Source: an uncultured Butyricicoccus sp.
GTDB lineage: Bacteria > Bacillota > Clostridia > Oscillospirales > Butyricicoccaceae
NCBI GenBank assembly: GCA_944384745.1
Contig: CALWUO010000001.1
Location: forward strand, 13,975-77,974
Reading direction: 5' to 3'
DNA length: 64,000 nt
Shown here: positions 25,932 to 37,101 of the stretch, piece after piece
How positions within the stretch are numbered: the stretch's first letter is position 1
Layout of the letters: each line of letters begins with the position of its first letter
The notes under the pieces: model-generated
Databases searched by the model: none
What the model was told of the DNA's origin: nothing
The model's input: only the letters and a program-made list of their open reading frames with translations
Translations under genes and position numbers: made by a program

Positions 25932-26594
25932 ATGCATTTCAAGAAGATGAAAAGTTTGCTTTGTTTACCAGCTATTGCATTATGTGCAACTTTAAGCATG
26001 GGTTCAGCTTCAGCACATGATGCTAATATCTCTCGCAATATACCTGCATCAGATACATCAGTAGCTTCTATCGGCATGATTTCATCCAATGAACAGGTTG
26101 CTATTGGTTTGGTTCGCACAACCGAAGAAATGGTTCGTGCTCGTGAGGAGCTTGCAGCACGTAAAGAAGCTATTGAGGCGGCAAAAATCGCAGAAGAGCA
26201 AGCAGCCATTCAAGCAGCAAATCCATATACCCCTAATTATCAACGTATAGTTGCTTATTCTCCAGCACATACAGCAAATCAGTCTATAACAGCAAATGGT
26301 ATAGATTTAGGAAAGTTTAAAATCACTTTCTATTGTGCTTGTGAACAGTGCAGTGGTGGTTATGGCAACAATACAGCAACAGGTACTAAATGCACAGAAG
26401 GTCGTACAATTGCGGTAGACCCAAGTGTTATTCCACTAGGCAGTGAAGTATTTATTGAAGGCTTTGGCTCATTTGTCGCTGAAGATACTGGCGGAGCTAT
26501 TAAGCAAAATAAAATTGATATTTATTTAAGTGACCATGACCGTTGCTATTCTCTAGGTGTGGCAAACGCTAATGTTTATTTAATGAATAAATAA
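25932..26594 (+). CDS. secreted 3D-domain protein (cell-wall-associated, MltA/Rpf-like fold)
   Basis: Signal peptide; C-terminal 3D domain RTIAVDPSVIPLGSEVFIEGFGSFVAEDTGGAIKQNKIDIY. Confidence 0.75.
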   Translation: MHFKKMKSLLCLPAIALCATLSMGSASAHDANISRNIPASDTSVASIGMISSNEQVAIGLVRTTEEMVRAREELAARKEAIEAAKIAEEQAAIQAANPYTPNYQRIVAYSPAHTANQSITANGIDLGKFKITFYCACEQCSGGYGNNTATGTKCTEGRTIAVDPSVIPLGSEVFIEGFGSFVAEDTGGAIKQNKIDIYLSDHDRCYSLGVANANVYLMNK

Positions 26595-26597
26595 TAT

Positions 26598-26636
26598 AAA
26601 AGGGCGGGCTTTCAAAAAAGCTCGCCTTTAGTTTTT
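26598..26636. terminator. bidirectional terminator
   Basis: Imperfect GC-rich stem GGGCGGGCTT/AAGCTCGCC with flanking A- and T-runs. Confidence 0.6.
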
Positions 26637-27772
26637 CATTTTTCTGATGGCATTTGCATAATAAAATCACAAAGCTGTTTAGTTGCATTAGGGTGAGCAA
26701 CTTCACGCATAGTTTTTCTTATGCTTTCAAGTCGTGCACGACTGTTAAACAGATGATATACAGCTTCATCAACAGGGAATGTTTTTGTTACATAAAGTGA
26801 AATGCCATTGTTTAATAAAAATTCGACATTTCTTTCTTCATGTCCAGGGATAGGATTTACCAAAATCATAGGTAAATTTTTAGCAAGTGCCTCTGATACA
26901 GTAAGTCCGCCTGGTTTGGTTATAATGCAATCTGATGCACTCATCATAATTTCTACATTATCTACAAAGCCATAAGGATAAATAGAAGCTTTACCATTAT
27001 ATTCATCAAGTGTTTCAATTAGGTTTTTATACTGTTTTTTGTTATTTCCGCATACAACAAGCATTTGGAAATCCATACCTATTGTTAAAAGGCTTTGTAT
27101 TATTTTTTTATGATTGGAATAACCCATACTGCCGCCCATCATAAGTATGGTTGGTCTATTGGCGTCTATACCAAGTTCTTTGCAAGCGTTTTCACGTGAA
27201 ATATGTTTACTGAATTTAGGGTGTATAGGTATACCAAAATGAAGTAAACGGTCAGCGGCTATGCCACGTTTTAAAGAGCGATGATGAAGTAATTCGCTTG
27301 CAGTTACTATGTAATCTATATAAGGTACATTTTCCCAATAAGGGTGAATTGTATAGTCAGTTATAATGCCTATTGTGCGGGTTGAGAGAAGACCACGTTT
27401 TTTGATTTCATTTATAAGCTGTGCAGCGAAAACATGTGTACATACAAGCACATCAGGGTCAAAATCGGTTATAATACGGGCGAATTTTGAAGCACCAAGT
27501 ATATTAACAATATTAAGTATACTTATTGGTGTAGTAAAATAACTAGAACCATGATTTTCTGCAAGAGCATAAACAACTCTGTAAAGTTCTTTTGTATGTT
27601 TAGAAGAAAACAAATAACCTTTATCAATAGTGCTTTTAACTATTCGGTTTATATATTCATATACATCAAGTGTGCAAACGGTTGCACCTTGACTTTTAAG
27701 CATATCACTTACTGCTTTAGCGGTTGCATGATGACCAAAACCAGCAGTTACAGATAAAATCATTACTTTCAT
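26636..27772 (-). CDS. MGDG-synthase-family glycosyltransferase (diacylglycerol glycosyltransferase, UgtP-like)
   Basis: 378 aa; N-terminus ILSVTAGFGHH; C-terminal GT-B motif ITKPGGLTVSEALA. Confidence 0.75.
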   Translation of the reverse strand: MKVMILSVTAGFGHHATAKAVSDMLKSQGATVCTLDVYEYINRIVKSTIDKGYLFSSKHTKELYRVVYALAENHGSSYFTTPISILNIVNILGASKFARIITDFDPDVLVCTHVFAAQLINEIKKRGLLSTRTIGIITDYTIHPYWENVPYIDYIVTASELLHHRSLKRGIAADRLLHFGIPIHPKFSKHISRENACKELGIDANRPTILMMGGSMGYSNHKKIIQSLLTIGMDFQMLVVCGNNKKQYKNLIETLDEYNGKASIYPYGFVDNVEIMMSASDCIITKPGGLTVSEALAKNLPMILVNPIPGHEERNVEFLLNNGISLYVTKTFPVDEAVYHLFNSRARLESIRKTMREVAHPNATKQLCDFIMQMPSEK

Positions 27773-27855
27773 AAAAATCTCCTAATTTTGTGTAACTTGT
27801 AAAAAAAGTTATGGTATGATAAAATAACAAAAAATAAGAAGGAAGGCGGTAAAAA

Positions 27856-28380
27856 GTGTTTGCCTGTGAAAGACGAGAAAAAATAAAAAACATTTTAAAT
27901 AATGCATCAGCACCTGTAAGTGCAAGTAAGCTTGCAAAAGAATGTAGTGTAAGTCGTCAAATAATAGTGGGTGATGTCGCTCTTATAAGAGCTGGTGGAG
28001 TTAATATTCAAGCAACTCCAAGGGGATATATATTAAATACACAGCCTAAAAATAATTTTTATGAAGGTTGTATTGCTTGTTTACATGCACAGGATATGCT
28101 TGAAACAGAACTTTATACTATTTTAGACTTTGGCGGAAGTATTGTTGATGTTACAGTTACTCATGCGGTTTATGGTGAAATAAGTGCAAATTTACAGCTT
28201 AATTCACGATTTGATGCCGATTTGTTTTTAGAAAAACTTAAAAGCACAGAGGCAAGACCACTTTCAGCCCTTACAGATGGAGTACATCTTCATAAAATCC
28301 GTTGTGCCTCTAAAGAAATATTTGACAGAATTTGTGATGCATTAAAAGAAAAAGGTATTTTATTTAATAATGAAGAATAA
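27856..28380 (+). CDS. niaR: NiaR-type transcription repressor (HTH plus 3H domain)
   Basis: HTH (SKLAKECSVSRQIIVGDVALIRAGG) followed by a His-containing 3H domain; GTG start. Confidence 0.7.
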   Translation: MFACERREKIKNILNNASAPVSASKLAKECSVSRQIIVGDVALIRAGGVNIQATPRGYILNTQPKNNFYEGCIACLHAQDMLETELYTILDFGGSIVDVTVTHAVYGEISANLQLNSRFDADLFLEKLKSTEARPLSALTDGVHLHKIRCASKEIFDRICDALKEKGILFNNEE

Positions 28381-28387
28381 GATATAG

Positions 28388-29365
28388 TTATACTTTAATT
28401 CTTATTTCACCAGCTTGTAAAATGGTTGTTGTGCCATCTTCTTTTTGAACAATAAGATTTCCAGCAGAGTTTACACCCTTACATATTGCGTTATACTGTT
28501 CGTTAACAGTGTAAACCTCAACTGTTTCATTTTTGCAACAAAGCCTGTCATCATAAAGCTTTAAAATTTTAGATGAACCATCTTCTGAACAAAGAATATT
28601 GTAGTTTTCCTCAAAAACGTTTAAAAGTGTAGCAGCTATTTCAGCTCTTCTAGGTGGATTTTCGCAAAAATCACAAATAGAACCCGCTATATTTTGTATT
28701 TCTGGCGGCATTTTTGAAATATCTGTTCTAACATTTATTCCTATACCAACTACAACATAATCTATATTACCAGTTTCCCCCTCAATAGATGCTTCTGTTA
28801 ATATTCCACATAGCTTTTTTTTATTTAAAAGCACATCATTAACCCATTTTATTTGTGGCTTTAAATCTGTACATCTTTCAATGGTTTGACATGCAGCAAC
28901 AGCAGCTAATATAGTTAAAAAGCTTAGGTTTTCAAGTGGCATATTAGGCTTTAATAGTATACTGGTATATACTCCACCATCAGGAGATGTAAAGCTTCTA
29001 CCCATACGCCCTTTACCAGCGGTTTGACGTGTGGATATAACGGCAAAACCCTCATCTTTATTTGAGTATTCATTTTTTAAAACGGTGTTTGTTGATGTGA
29101 CTTCAGGCAAGACCACAAGTGACGAGCCTATAATTTTTGTTTTTTTAAGTGCATGTATACTTTGTGCATTTATAGTGTCATCATCATTTGAAAGGCAATA
29201 ACCGCCACCAGTTACAGATATTATATTCATTCCATCATCACGAAGTGAAGAAATAGCTTTCCATATAGCAGCTCGTGACACACCTAGCTTTTTTGCAAGC
29301 ATACCGCCAGATATTTGTTTACCTCGGTTTATTTCAAGCTCATAAAGCACTTTTTCACGAAGCAT
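28388..29365 (-). CDS. birA: bifunctional biotin-protein ligase and biotin operon repressor
   Basis: N-terminal HTH; GKGRMGRSF biotin-binding loop; 325 aa. Confidence 0.85.
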   Translation of the reverse strand: MLREKVLYELEINRGKQISGGMLAKKLGVSRAAIWKAISSLRDDGMNIISVTGGGYCLSNDDDTINAQSIHALKKTKIIGSSLVVLPEVTSTNTVLKNEYSNKDEGFAVISTRQTAGKGRMGRSFTSPDGGVYTSILLKPNMPLENLSFLTILAAVAACQTIERCTDLKPQIKWVNDVLLNKKKLCGILTEASIEGETGNIDYVVVGIGINVRTDISKMPPEIQNIAGSICDFCENPPRRAEIAATLLNVFEENYNILCSEDGSSKILKLYDDRLCCKNETVEVYTVNEQYNAICKGVNSAGNLIVQKEDGTTTILQAGEIRIKV

Positions 29366-29442
29366 AAAACCCCTCCTGTAAAAAACTTCTTTTTATATTG
29401 TAACATAATATATAATAAATTAACAACGGAGATAATATTTAT

Positions 29443-30240
29443 ATGAAACAAAAACAGGATATAATACACTCACTTGCTCAGAATGAAGATGATAAAATAT
29501 TGATTGCGTCAATACTTGACAAACTCAAAACTTGTTTAATGAAAAATTACATAACAAATACAAGATTTTTAGATTTGCGTCAAAGAGCAGTAGCAGAAAG
29601 GGCGATAAATGAGGCAGGAGGTAAGTATAACTGTGTGTTTTGGGGAGGTTATGAAGATGCTGAGAGAACCTGTGCAATTTTCTTTCCCGATTATATGACA
29701 AGAGATGATGCAATACAAAATAGTTCAATAGTTTTGCTTAGGGCGGTTAAAAATCCACAGGATAATTTAACACATAGAGATTATTTAGGTTCTATTATGG
29801 GTATTCAGTTAAATAGAGATAGAATAGGGGATATTTTAGTTAACTCTAATGGTGCGGATATACTTGTAATGCAGGAAGTAGCCGAATTCATACAGATGAA
29901 TTTAGTACAAGCTGGAAGAAAACAAATATCAATATCACAAAAACCAATAGAAGATTTAATAATACCAATAGAAAACCAAACACAAGGCAGTGGTTCAGTA
30001 GCTTCACTTAGAATTGACAGTATTATTGCATTGATATTTAAGTTATCAAGAGGCGAGGCTAAAGAGTTTATTGAAAAAGGTATGGTTTTTGTAAATAATA
30101 AACCATGTTTAAAAGCGGGTTTGGATATAGATATAGGTGATAGAATAACAGTCAGGAGTAAAGGTAGATGTAAAATAATAGAGCTTGGCGGTCAAAGCAG
30201 AAAAGGTCGACAGTTTGTAAATTACATCAAAAGTGTATAA
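29443..30240 (+). CDS. ylmH: YlmH-like RNA-binding protein with a C-terminal S4 domain
   Basis: 265 aa; S4-like C-terminus (LRIDSIIALIFKLSRGEAKEFIEKGMVFVNNK). Confidence 0.65.
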   Translation: MKQKQDIIHSLAQNEDDKILIASILDKLKTCLMKNYITNTRFLDLRQRAVAERAINEAGGKYNCVFWGGYEDAERTCAIFFPDYMTRDDAIQNSSIVLLRAVKNPQDNLTHRDYLGSIMGIQLNRDRIGDILVNSNGADILVMQEVAEFIQMNLVQAGRKQISISQKPIEDLIIPIENQTQGSGSVASLRIDSIIALIFKLSRGEAKEFIEKGMVFVNNKPCLKAGLDIDIGDRITVRSKGRCKIIELGGQSRKGRQFVNYIKSV

Positions 30241-30265
30241 TATATTTAAGTTATAGTTTAATGCA

Positions 30266-30294
30266 TTGAAAAACACATGCTAAAAGTGTATAAT
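30266..30294 (+). promoter_or_regulatory. sigma-A promoter of the large SLH protein gene
   Basis: TTGAAA, 17-nt spacer, TATAAT. Confidence 0.6.
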
Positions 30295-30328
30295 ATAGCA
30301 TGATAAAAAATAATTATGAGGTGATTTT

Positions 30329-32932
30329 GTGAAGAAAAGAATACTTGCAGCACTTATGTCTGCCTCTATGATAATTGGCACAATGCCTTCAGCTTTTGCG
30401 GCTAGTGATATAGAAGGTCATTGGTCAGAAAAGTATATTACATATCTAAATGAGCAAGGTGTTATAAATCCAAGTTCCCAAACGGGTAATTATACACCTA
30501 ATGCAACTATAAGCCGTGCAGAATTTATTAGATATATAAATAGAGCATTTCATTTTACAGAAAAAGCTGAAATAAATTACACTGATGTAAATAATCCAGA
30601 TGCTTGGTATTATCCAGAAATACAAATAGCTGAAAAATACGGCTATATAAATGGTGTGGGCAATAATAAAATGAACCCTGAAGGTGATATCACCCGTGAA
30701 CAGGCTGCAACAATTATTGGTAGACTTTATAAGACTACAACAGCAGACGCAGTAAAGCCTAGTCAGCTTTCATTTACAGATAAAAATAAAATAAACACTT
30801 GGAGTGCTGGCTATATTTATGAGGCTGTTAAAAAAGGCTATATCACAGGTTATCCAGAGGGCGACTTTAGACCACAAAACACTATAAGACGTTCTGAAAT
30901 TGCTAAAATTTTATACTCTTATCTCGGTAATTCATTAAGTGAAGAGGGAGCAGAATATACTGGAGCTAATTTTAGAAATGACGTTGAAAATGTAACAATT
31001 TCTGAAAGCTGTACATTATCTAATGCCGATGTAGGCGGAGATTTATATATAACAGAGGGTCTGGGTTCTGATAAGGTAACACTTAAAAATGTATCAATGA
31101 CAGGTACACTTATTATTTCAGGTGGTAATGTCACACTTGAAAATGTAGACGCACCTACAATAGTTGTTGCTTCTTCCATGAACCGTTTAGTTGAAGTTAA
31201 AGCAACAGGTAATACCAATGTTTCTCTAACAGAAGTTCAAAGCACTGCTTCATTAAAGGAATCTGACCTTAATGTTTCAGCGGGCGGTTTTAGTGATGTT
31301 CAAATTTCTGGCGGCTCGTCTACAACTGTGACTATTGATGGAAAGTTATGGACTCTTGATGTTCTTGACAACAATACTGTTACACTTTCGGCTACATCAG
31401 AAATAAACACATTAAATATGAAAGCCGCAGGTAACATTGGCGGTTATGGCAAGATTTCGCAAGCCAATATAACTGCAAATGGTTCAAAATTTTCTATAAT
31501 GCCTAATAATTACACTCTTGGACAGGGTATTTCAACCACAATAAATGGAGAAACAGTAAAATCTGAAATAGCAGTCACTATAACACCAAATAGATTTACT
31601 TGGGATAAAGGCGAAAAATTCCAAGTTGACTCATATGATTTTGCTTTATCTTCCTCAGCAGGTACATTGCAAAAAGTTGAAATGGACGGCAAAACTTTAC
31701 AACAGGGTACTGACTACACAACAACAGCAAATGGAATACGTTTTTATAAAACATTCTTTAACGGCATATCAACAGAGGGAAATTATATTGTAGAATTGAC
31801 TTTTGCAGGCGGTGCAAAAGCAAAATTAAATCTTACAATACAAGATTCATCAAAAAATACAATTACTCCTACAAGTGCTGTTTTTGATAAAAATCCAGAA
31901 TCAACAGATAATAGAAATGTATCTTTTTCAATAACATGTCAGTCTGGTGTATCACTTGATAGTGTAACAGCTTCTGGAAAAACGCTTACAATGGGAGAGC
32001 ATTATGTATATCAACAGTCAACAGGAACAGTTGAAATTCTTTCCAGTTATTTAAATACAAAAAGCAATGGGACATTGAATTTAACATTCAATATGTCAAA
32101 AAATAATTCTATGACAGCTCAAATAACAGTAAAAGACACAACCCCTGTAAATTCATTGTCTATCACAAGTGTAGATTTTGATGCTAATACTGAAAGTACA
32201 AATTATGGTGATTTATCAGTAAAACTCAATGCAACCAACAATGCAACATTAGAAAAAATTACAGCAGTTGGAACAGATAAGGTACTTGAAAATGTTTGGC
32301 ACTATACAATCTCAGATGTTGGAGATGTAGTTATAAATAGTTCTGTGTTATCATCACTTGCAGCAGATGGAAGAAGTTATATTGATTTACGTTTTGAAAT
32401 GTCAAGCGGTGTAAATCCTGTTTTACGTGTGAATTTTGTGACAACATGTGCAGTTCGTGTGAGTGTAAATGATGACTTAGGTTCTCCAGTAAGAAATGCA
32501 ACTATTTCTATAACACCACAAAATAGCGATGATGAGACTTTATCAAAGGCACAAGAAAAACTGAGTGATTCAGCAGGTGTTGCTACATTTTATGTTAAAA
32601 AGGGAAATTATATTGTCACAGTGACTGGCGATAACTTCCAAAAAGTTACCCAAAATATAAATGTATCCTATGCACAAAGTGTTAGTATGAATGTTGAACT
32701 AGAAGAAGTTATACAACTTGCTATAACAGAAAGTTCAGGAGCTTATATAAGCGGTGCTATTGTTACTTTAGATAATCAAACAGCAACAACTGGTGCAGAT
32801 GGCGTGGTATCATTTAAGGTAAAACGTGGAATGCATAAGCTAACTGTAACAGCAAGCGGCTATTCAATTTATGTAAACTCAGATTTCCAAGTTGAGTCAT
32901 CATTAACACAGAGAATAACACTTTCTCGTTAA
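30329..32932 (+). CDS. large SLH-domain cell-surface protein with two C-terminal carboxypeptidase-regulatory-like domains
   Basis: Signal peptide, three N-terminal SLH repeats, repetitive beta-rich middle region; GTG start after a GAGGTG SD. Confidence 0.8.
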   Translation: MKKRILAALMSASMIIGTMPSAFAASDIEGHWSEKYITYLNEQGVINPSSQTGNYTPNATISRAEFIRYINRAFHFTEKAEINYTDVNNPDAWYYPEIQIAEKYGYINGVGNNKMNPEGDITREQAATIIGRLYKTTTADAVKPSQLSFTDKNKINTWSAGYIYEAVKKGYITGYPEGDFRPQNTIRRSEIAKILYSYLGNSLSEEGAEYTGANFRNDVENVTISESCTLSNADVGGDLYITEGLGSDKVTLKNVSMTGTLIISGGNVTLENVDAPTIVVASSMNRLVEVKATGNTNVSLTEVQSTASLKESDLNVSAGGFSDVQISGGSSTTVTIDGKLWTLDVLDNNTVTLSATSEINTLNMKAAGNIGGYGKISQANITANGSKFSIMPNNYTLGQGISTTINGETVKSEIAVTITPNRFTWDKGEKFQVDSYDFALSSSAGTLQKVEMDGKTLQQGTDYTTTANGIRFYKTFFNGISTEGNYIVELTFAGGAKAKLNLTIQDSSKNTITPTSAVFDKNPESTDNRNVSFSITCQSGVSLDSVTASGKTLTMGEHYVYQQSTGTVEILSSYLNTKSNGTLNLTFNMSKNNSMTAQITVKDTTPVNSLSITSVDFDANTESTNYGDLSVKLNATNNATLEKITAVGTDKVLENVWHYTISDVGDVVINSSVLSSLAADGRSYIDLRFEMSSGVNPVLRVNFVTTCAVRVSVNDDLGSPVRNATISITPQNSDDETLSKAQEKLSDSAGVATFYVKKGNYIVTVTGDNFQKVTQNINVSYAQSVSMNVELEEVIQLAITESSGAYISGAIVTLDNQTATTGADGVVSFKVKRGMHKLTVTASGYSIYVNSDFQVESSLTQRITLSR

Positions 32933-32957
32933 AAAATAAGCTTACAATAAAAAGTAT

Positions 32958-32999
32958 AAAAAAATACGCTGATGCCAAAATTAGGTATCAGCGTTTTAT
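32958..32999. terminator. bidirectional terminator
   Basis: Stem ACGCTGATGCC/GGTATCAGCGT flanked by an A-run and a T-run. Confidence 0.7.
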
Positions 33000-33019
33000 A
33001 ATTATTGCCGTTTTGCTTT

Positions 33020-36000
33020 TTATTTAAAGTATTTTACACCACTTTCAAATAGAGGTTGATATTTATTACCATAAATATTACGACCAACATAAGGGGTATA
33101 ACGTTCAGTGTGACCCATTTTACCAAGTACACGACCATCTGGTGAAGTTATGCCCTCTATTGCACACATAGAACCATTAGGGTTATAAGCGATATCCATA
33201 GATGGATTACCATTAAGGTCGGTGTATTGGAATGCAACTTGACCATTTGCAATAAGTGAATCAATAACATTTTGAGGTGCTACAAAACGACCTTCACCAT
33301 GAGAAATTGCAATAGAATGTAAATCACCAACTTCACAACAAGACAGCCAAGGACTTTTTACAGAAGCAATACGAGTTGTTACATAAGATGATTGGTGACG
33401 ACCGATAAGGTTAAATGTTAAAGTTGGGTCGTTTTCGGTCATTTGGTCACGAATTTCACCATAAGGAACTAAACCAAGTTTAATAAGAGCTTGGAAACCA
33501 TTACAAATGCCAAGCATTAAACCGTCACGCTTGTGTAATAAGTTCTGAATTTCCTCTTTTAACTCTGGGTTTCTTAGGAAAGAAGCTATAAATTTACCAG
33601 AACCATCAGGTTCATCACCGCCAGAGAAACCACCTGGAAGAATTATCATTTGAGAATTAGAGATAGCTTTTTTAAGCTGTTCAGCAGACTGAGCTAGTGC
33701 ATCAGCGGAGAAATTACGAATAACTATAATTTCAGCCTTACCGCCAGCAGTTTCAACAGCCTTTGCAGTATCATATTCACAGTTTGTGCCAGGGAATACA
33801 GGAATAACTGCAAGAGGTTTTGCATTTTTAACAGTTGGTGCATTTGTATTACGTTCAGTATAAGAAATAGTTCTTAATTTATCATCATTAGCGGTTGCTT
33901 TGGTAGGGAATACACTTTCAAGACGACCTTCAAATGCTGTTTTAAGCTCATCAAGATTTATAGACTCATTGCCAATAATTATAGCTTGAGTTTCTATTGT
34001 TTGACCAACTTTCCAAGCATGTGCAAGTTCAGTAGTAGTTTCAATTAAAATACCACCGAAATTCTTTAAGAACAGTGCATCTACTGGGAAAGAATTATCA
34101 AATTCAAAACCGATATCATTACCGATTGCCATTTTACATATACCCTCTGCAACACCACCAGTAGATAATGCCCAAGCAGAAACGGCAGTTCCATCAGAAA
34201 TCATGCGGTAAGTATCTTCCCAAGTGGATTTAATAGTTTCATAATCTGGTGAACCATCTTCATTGTATGCTGCATCAAGCAGATATACATAATGATTAGC
34301 AGATTTGAATTCAGGAGAGATAAGTTTATCCGCATCATGTGGAACAATAGCAAAAGAAACAAGTGTTGGAGGAACGTCCATATCGTCAAATGAACCAGAC
34401 ATGGAGTCCTTACCACCAATTGCACCTAAACACAGCTCTTCTTGTGCGGTATAAGCACCTAAAAGTGCAGAAAGTGGTTTTCCAAAACGTTTAGGGTCTT
34501 TGCCTAAACGCTCAAAATACTCTTGGAATGTCAAATAAGCATCTTCATATTTACAGCCAGCCGCAACGAGTTTTGCAACAGATTCTATAACAGCCGCAGA
34601 AGCACCTAAAAATGGATTTTGTTCTGTATAATATGGGTCAAAACCAAATGCCATAACAGATGCAGTTGCCGCCTGTCCACTTTGTACAGGTAAAGTAGCC
34701 GCCATAACTTGTGCAGGTGTTAACTGATTTTTGCCACCAAATGGCATAAACACAGAACTTGCACCTATTGAACCGTCAAAACGCTCTACAAGACCACGTT
34801 CAAGACAAATATTTAGTGAAGAAGCATGGTTTAGTATCTTTTGCTTGATTGTTTCACCATCTGGAGTTCTTTCAATAGATGGAGCAGGTAAAGTGTCAAT
34901 ATGTGCATCAACATGCTTTGCACAACCATTTGTATTTAAAAAGTCACGGGAAACATCAGCTATATATTTACCATTCCACTTCATACGCAGACGATTTGTG
35001 TCGGTTACAACAGCAACTTTTACAGCCTCAATGTTTTCTTTTGCTGCTTCAGCAATAAAGCGGTCAGCGTCCTCAGCATGAACTACAACAGCCATACGCT
35101 CTTGTGATTCAGAAATAGCAAGTTCTGTTCCATCAAGACCATCATATTTTTTAGGTACAGCGTTTAAATCAATATCAAGACCGTCTGCAAGTTCACCAAT
35201 AGCAACAGACACACCGCCTGCACCGAAGTCATTACAACGACGTATCATCTTTGTAACTTCTGCATTGCGGAATAGACGTTGAATTTTACGTTCTTCTGGT
35301 GGATTACCTTTTTGAACCTCAGCTCCACATGTTTCAAGTGATGTTTCTGTGTGCTTTTTAGAAGAACCAGTAGCACCACCACAGCCATCACGACCAGTTT
35401 TACCACCGAGTAAAATAACGATATCGCCAGTTTCAGGCACTTCACGGATTACATTTTCCGCAGGAGCAGCACCAACAACAGCACCTATTTCCATACGTTT
35501 TGCAATATATCCAGGGTGGTAAATTTCATGTACAAGACCAGTTGCAAGACCAATTTGGTTGCCATAAGAGGCATAACCAGCAGCCGCAGTTGTACATAAT
35601 TTGCGTTGAGGCAGCTTATGAGGTAATGTTTCAGATAGAGCAACAGTTGGGTCACCTGCACCAGTTACACGCATAGCCTGATATACATATGAACGACCAG
35701 AAAGCGGGTCACGAATAGCACCACCAAGACAAGTAGCCGCACCGCCAAATGGCTCAATCTCAGTTGGGTGGTTATGGGTTTCATTTTTAAACATCAATAG
35801 CCAATCTTCAAGATGTTGAGTTCCATCAGTATCATTGACTTTAACTTTGATTTTAATAGAACAAGCATTGATTTCTTCAGATTCATCAATGTTCTTTAAG
35901 TAGCCACGTTTTTTCAGTACCTTTGCAGCAGCAGTGGCAATGTCCATAAGAGTTACAGGACGTTTAGCCGCTTTTTCTTCACCGTAAACCTCAACTCTAG

Positions 36001-36766
36001 CAGCAAGATAACGGTCAAACGCAGCTTGAACCATTGGGTCATTTATAACAGTATTATCAATTTCAGTCAAGAAAGTTGTATGACGGCAATGGTCAGACCA
36101 ATATGTATCAACCATACGAACTTCAGTGATTGTTGGATTGCGTTTTTCCTCATTTGCAAAGTAATTTTGCAGGAATTTTAAATCGTCCAAATCCATTGCA
36201 AGACCTAAATTTGATAACATCTCAGAAAGTTCAGTTTCATTCATAGAAATAAAACCGTCAACAGTATCAACTTCAGTTGGAATTTCATAGACCGCTTTTA
36301 GTGTTTCTGGTTTGTTCATAGAAGCTTCTCTTGCTTCAACAGGGTTAATAAGATAAGAGCGAACCTTGTTCATTTCCTCATCTGTTAGTTTGCCTTCAAG
36401 CACATAGATTTTAGCAGCTGAAACATTAGGGCGATTTTCGCCAGTTAATAGCTGAATACATTGTGCACAAGAGTCTGCACGCTGGTCAAACTGTCCTGGA
36501 AGTGGTTCTACTGCCAGAATAGAGTAATCTCCTTGAGGAAGTGGGAAGGATTCGTCATAGCATACATCTGCCATCGGCTCAGAAAAAACAATATGTTTTG
36601 CTTTTTCATAAATTTCATCAGATACGCCTTCTACATCATATCTGCAAAGATAACGAACACCAGTTAAGTTTTTAATCTCTAACTGATTAACAAGTGTATC
36701 GAATAGTCCTTTTGCCTCTACATCAAAGGTTGGACGCTTTTCGGAATAACAACGGTATACTGCCAT
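33020..36766 (-). CDS. purL: phosphoribosylformylglycinamidine synthase, single-chain large form
   Basis: 1248 aa; AIR-synthase-like repeats plus a C-terminal glutaminase domain (GICNGFQAL). Confidence 0.9.
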   Translation of the reverse strand: MAVYRCYSEKRPTFDVEAKGLFDTLVNQLEIKNLTGVRYLCRYDVEGVSDEIYEKAKHIVFSEPMADVCYDESFPLPQGDYSILAVEPLPGQFDQRADSCAQCIQLLTGENRPNVSAAKIYVLEGKLTDEEMNKVRSYLINPVEAREASMNKPETLKAVYEIPTEVDTVDGFISMNETELSEMLSNLGLAMDLDDLKFLQNYFANEEKRNPTITEVRMVDTYWSDHCRHTTFLTEIDNTVINDPMVQAAFDRYLAARVEVYGEEKAAKRPVTLMDIATAAAKVLKKRGYLKNIDESEEINACSIKIKVKVNDTDGTQHLEDWLLMFKNETHNHPTEIEPFGGAATCLGGAIRDPLSGRSYVYQAMRVTGAGDPTVALSETLPHKLPQRKLCTTAAAGYASYGNQIGLATGLVHEIYHPGYIAKRMEIGAVVGAAPAENVIREVPETGDIVILLGGKTGRDGCGGATGSSKKHTETSLETCGAEVQKGNPPEERKIQRLFRNAEVTKMIRRCNDFGAGGVSVAIGELADGLDIDLNAVPKKYDGLDGTELAISESQERMAVVVHAEDADRFIAEAAKENIEAVKVAVVTDTNRLRMKWNGKYIADVSRDFLNTNGCAKHVDAHIDTLPAPSIERTPDGETIKQKILNHASSLNICLERGLVERFDGSIGASSVFMPFGGKNQLTPAQVMAATLPVQSGQAATASVMAFGFDPYYTEQNPFLGASAAVIESVAKLVAAGCKYEDAYLTFQEYFERLGKDPKRFGKPLSALLGAYTAQEELCLGAIGGKDSMSGSFDDMDVPPTLVSFAIVPHDADKLISPEFKSANHYVYLLDAAYNEDGSPDYETIKSTWEDTYRMISDGTAVSAWALSTGGVAEGICKMAIGNDIGFEFDNSFPVDALFLKNFGGILIETTTELAHAWKVGQTIETQAIIIGNESINLDELKTAFEGRLESVFPTKATANDDKLRTISYTERNTNAPTVKNAKPLAVIPVFPGTNCEYDTAKAVETAGGKAEIIVIRNFSADALAQSAEQLKKAISNSQMIILPGGFSGGDEPDGSGKFIASFLRNPELKEEIQNLLHKRDGLMLGICNGFQALIKLGLVPYGEIRDQMTENDPTLTFNLIGRHQSSYVTTRIASVKSPWLSCCEVGDLHSIAISHGEGRFVAPQNVIDSLIANGQVAFQYTDLNGNPSMDIAYNPNGSMCAIEGITSPDGRVLGKMGHTERYTPYVGRNIYGNKYQPLFESGVKYFK

Positions 36767-37101
36767 GGTGAGCTCCTTTACGGTTCTAAATTTGGTCGAA
36801 TAGACAATAAAAAACGGGTAAAACCTTGTTTTTTCGCCTTAGACCATCATTTTTCTAACAATAATATCATACAGCATTGTAAACTTTCAATCAAGCGATA
36901 AATTGACAAAACCGCATTGAAATTCCTGCCCACTCGTGTATAATTTAATCAAAGGGGGCAGACAACATGGTGTTTTTTTGCCGCCTGCCCTTATATATAA
37001 AAAGCAAATAGCGAGCCTAAAAAGCTCAAGCTAAATTTGCTTGTAAAACATATTATGCTATAATATACAAAAAGGTTAATGTATAGAGAGGAAATGAGCT
37101 T

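Noticed and set aside
36767-37000. Looked for a purine or ZTP riboswitch in the purL leader; a GCCGCCTGCCC hairpin resembles part of the ZTP pseudoknot
   Set aside because: On the purL (minus) strand I find only a plausible promoter (TTGATT, 17-nt spacer, TATGAT) and a short leader. The conserved purine or ZTP core sequences are absent, and the GC hairpin is on the wrong strand and position.
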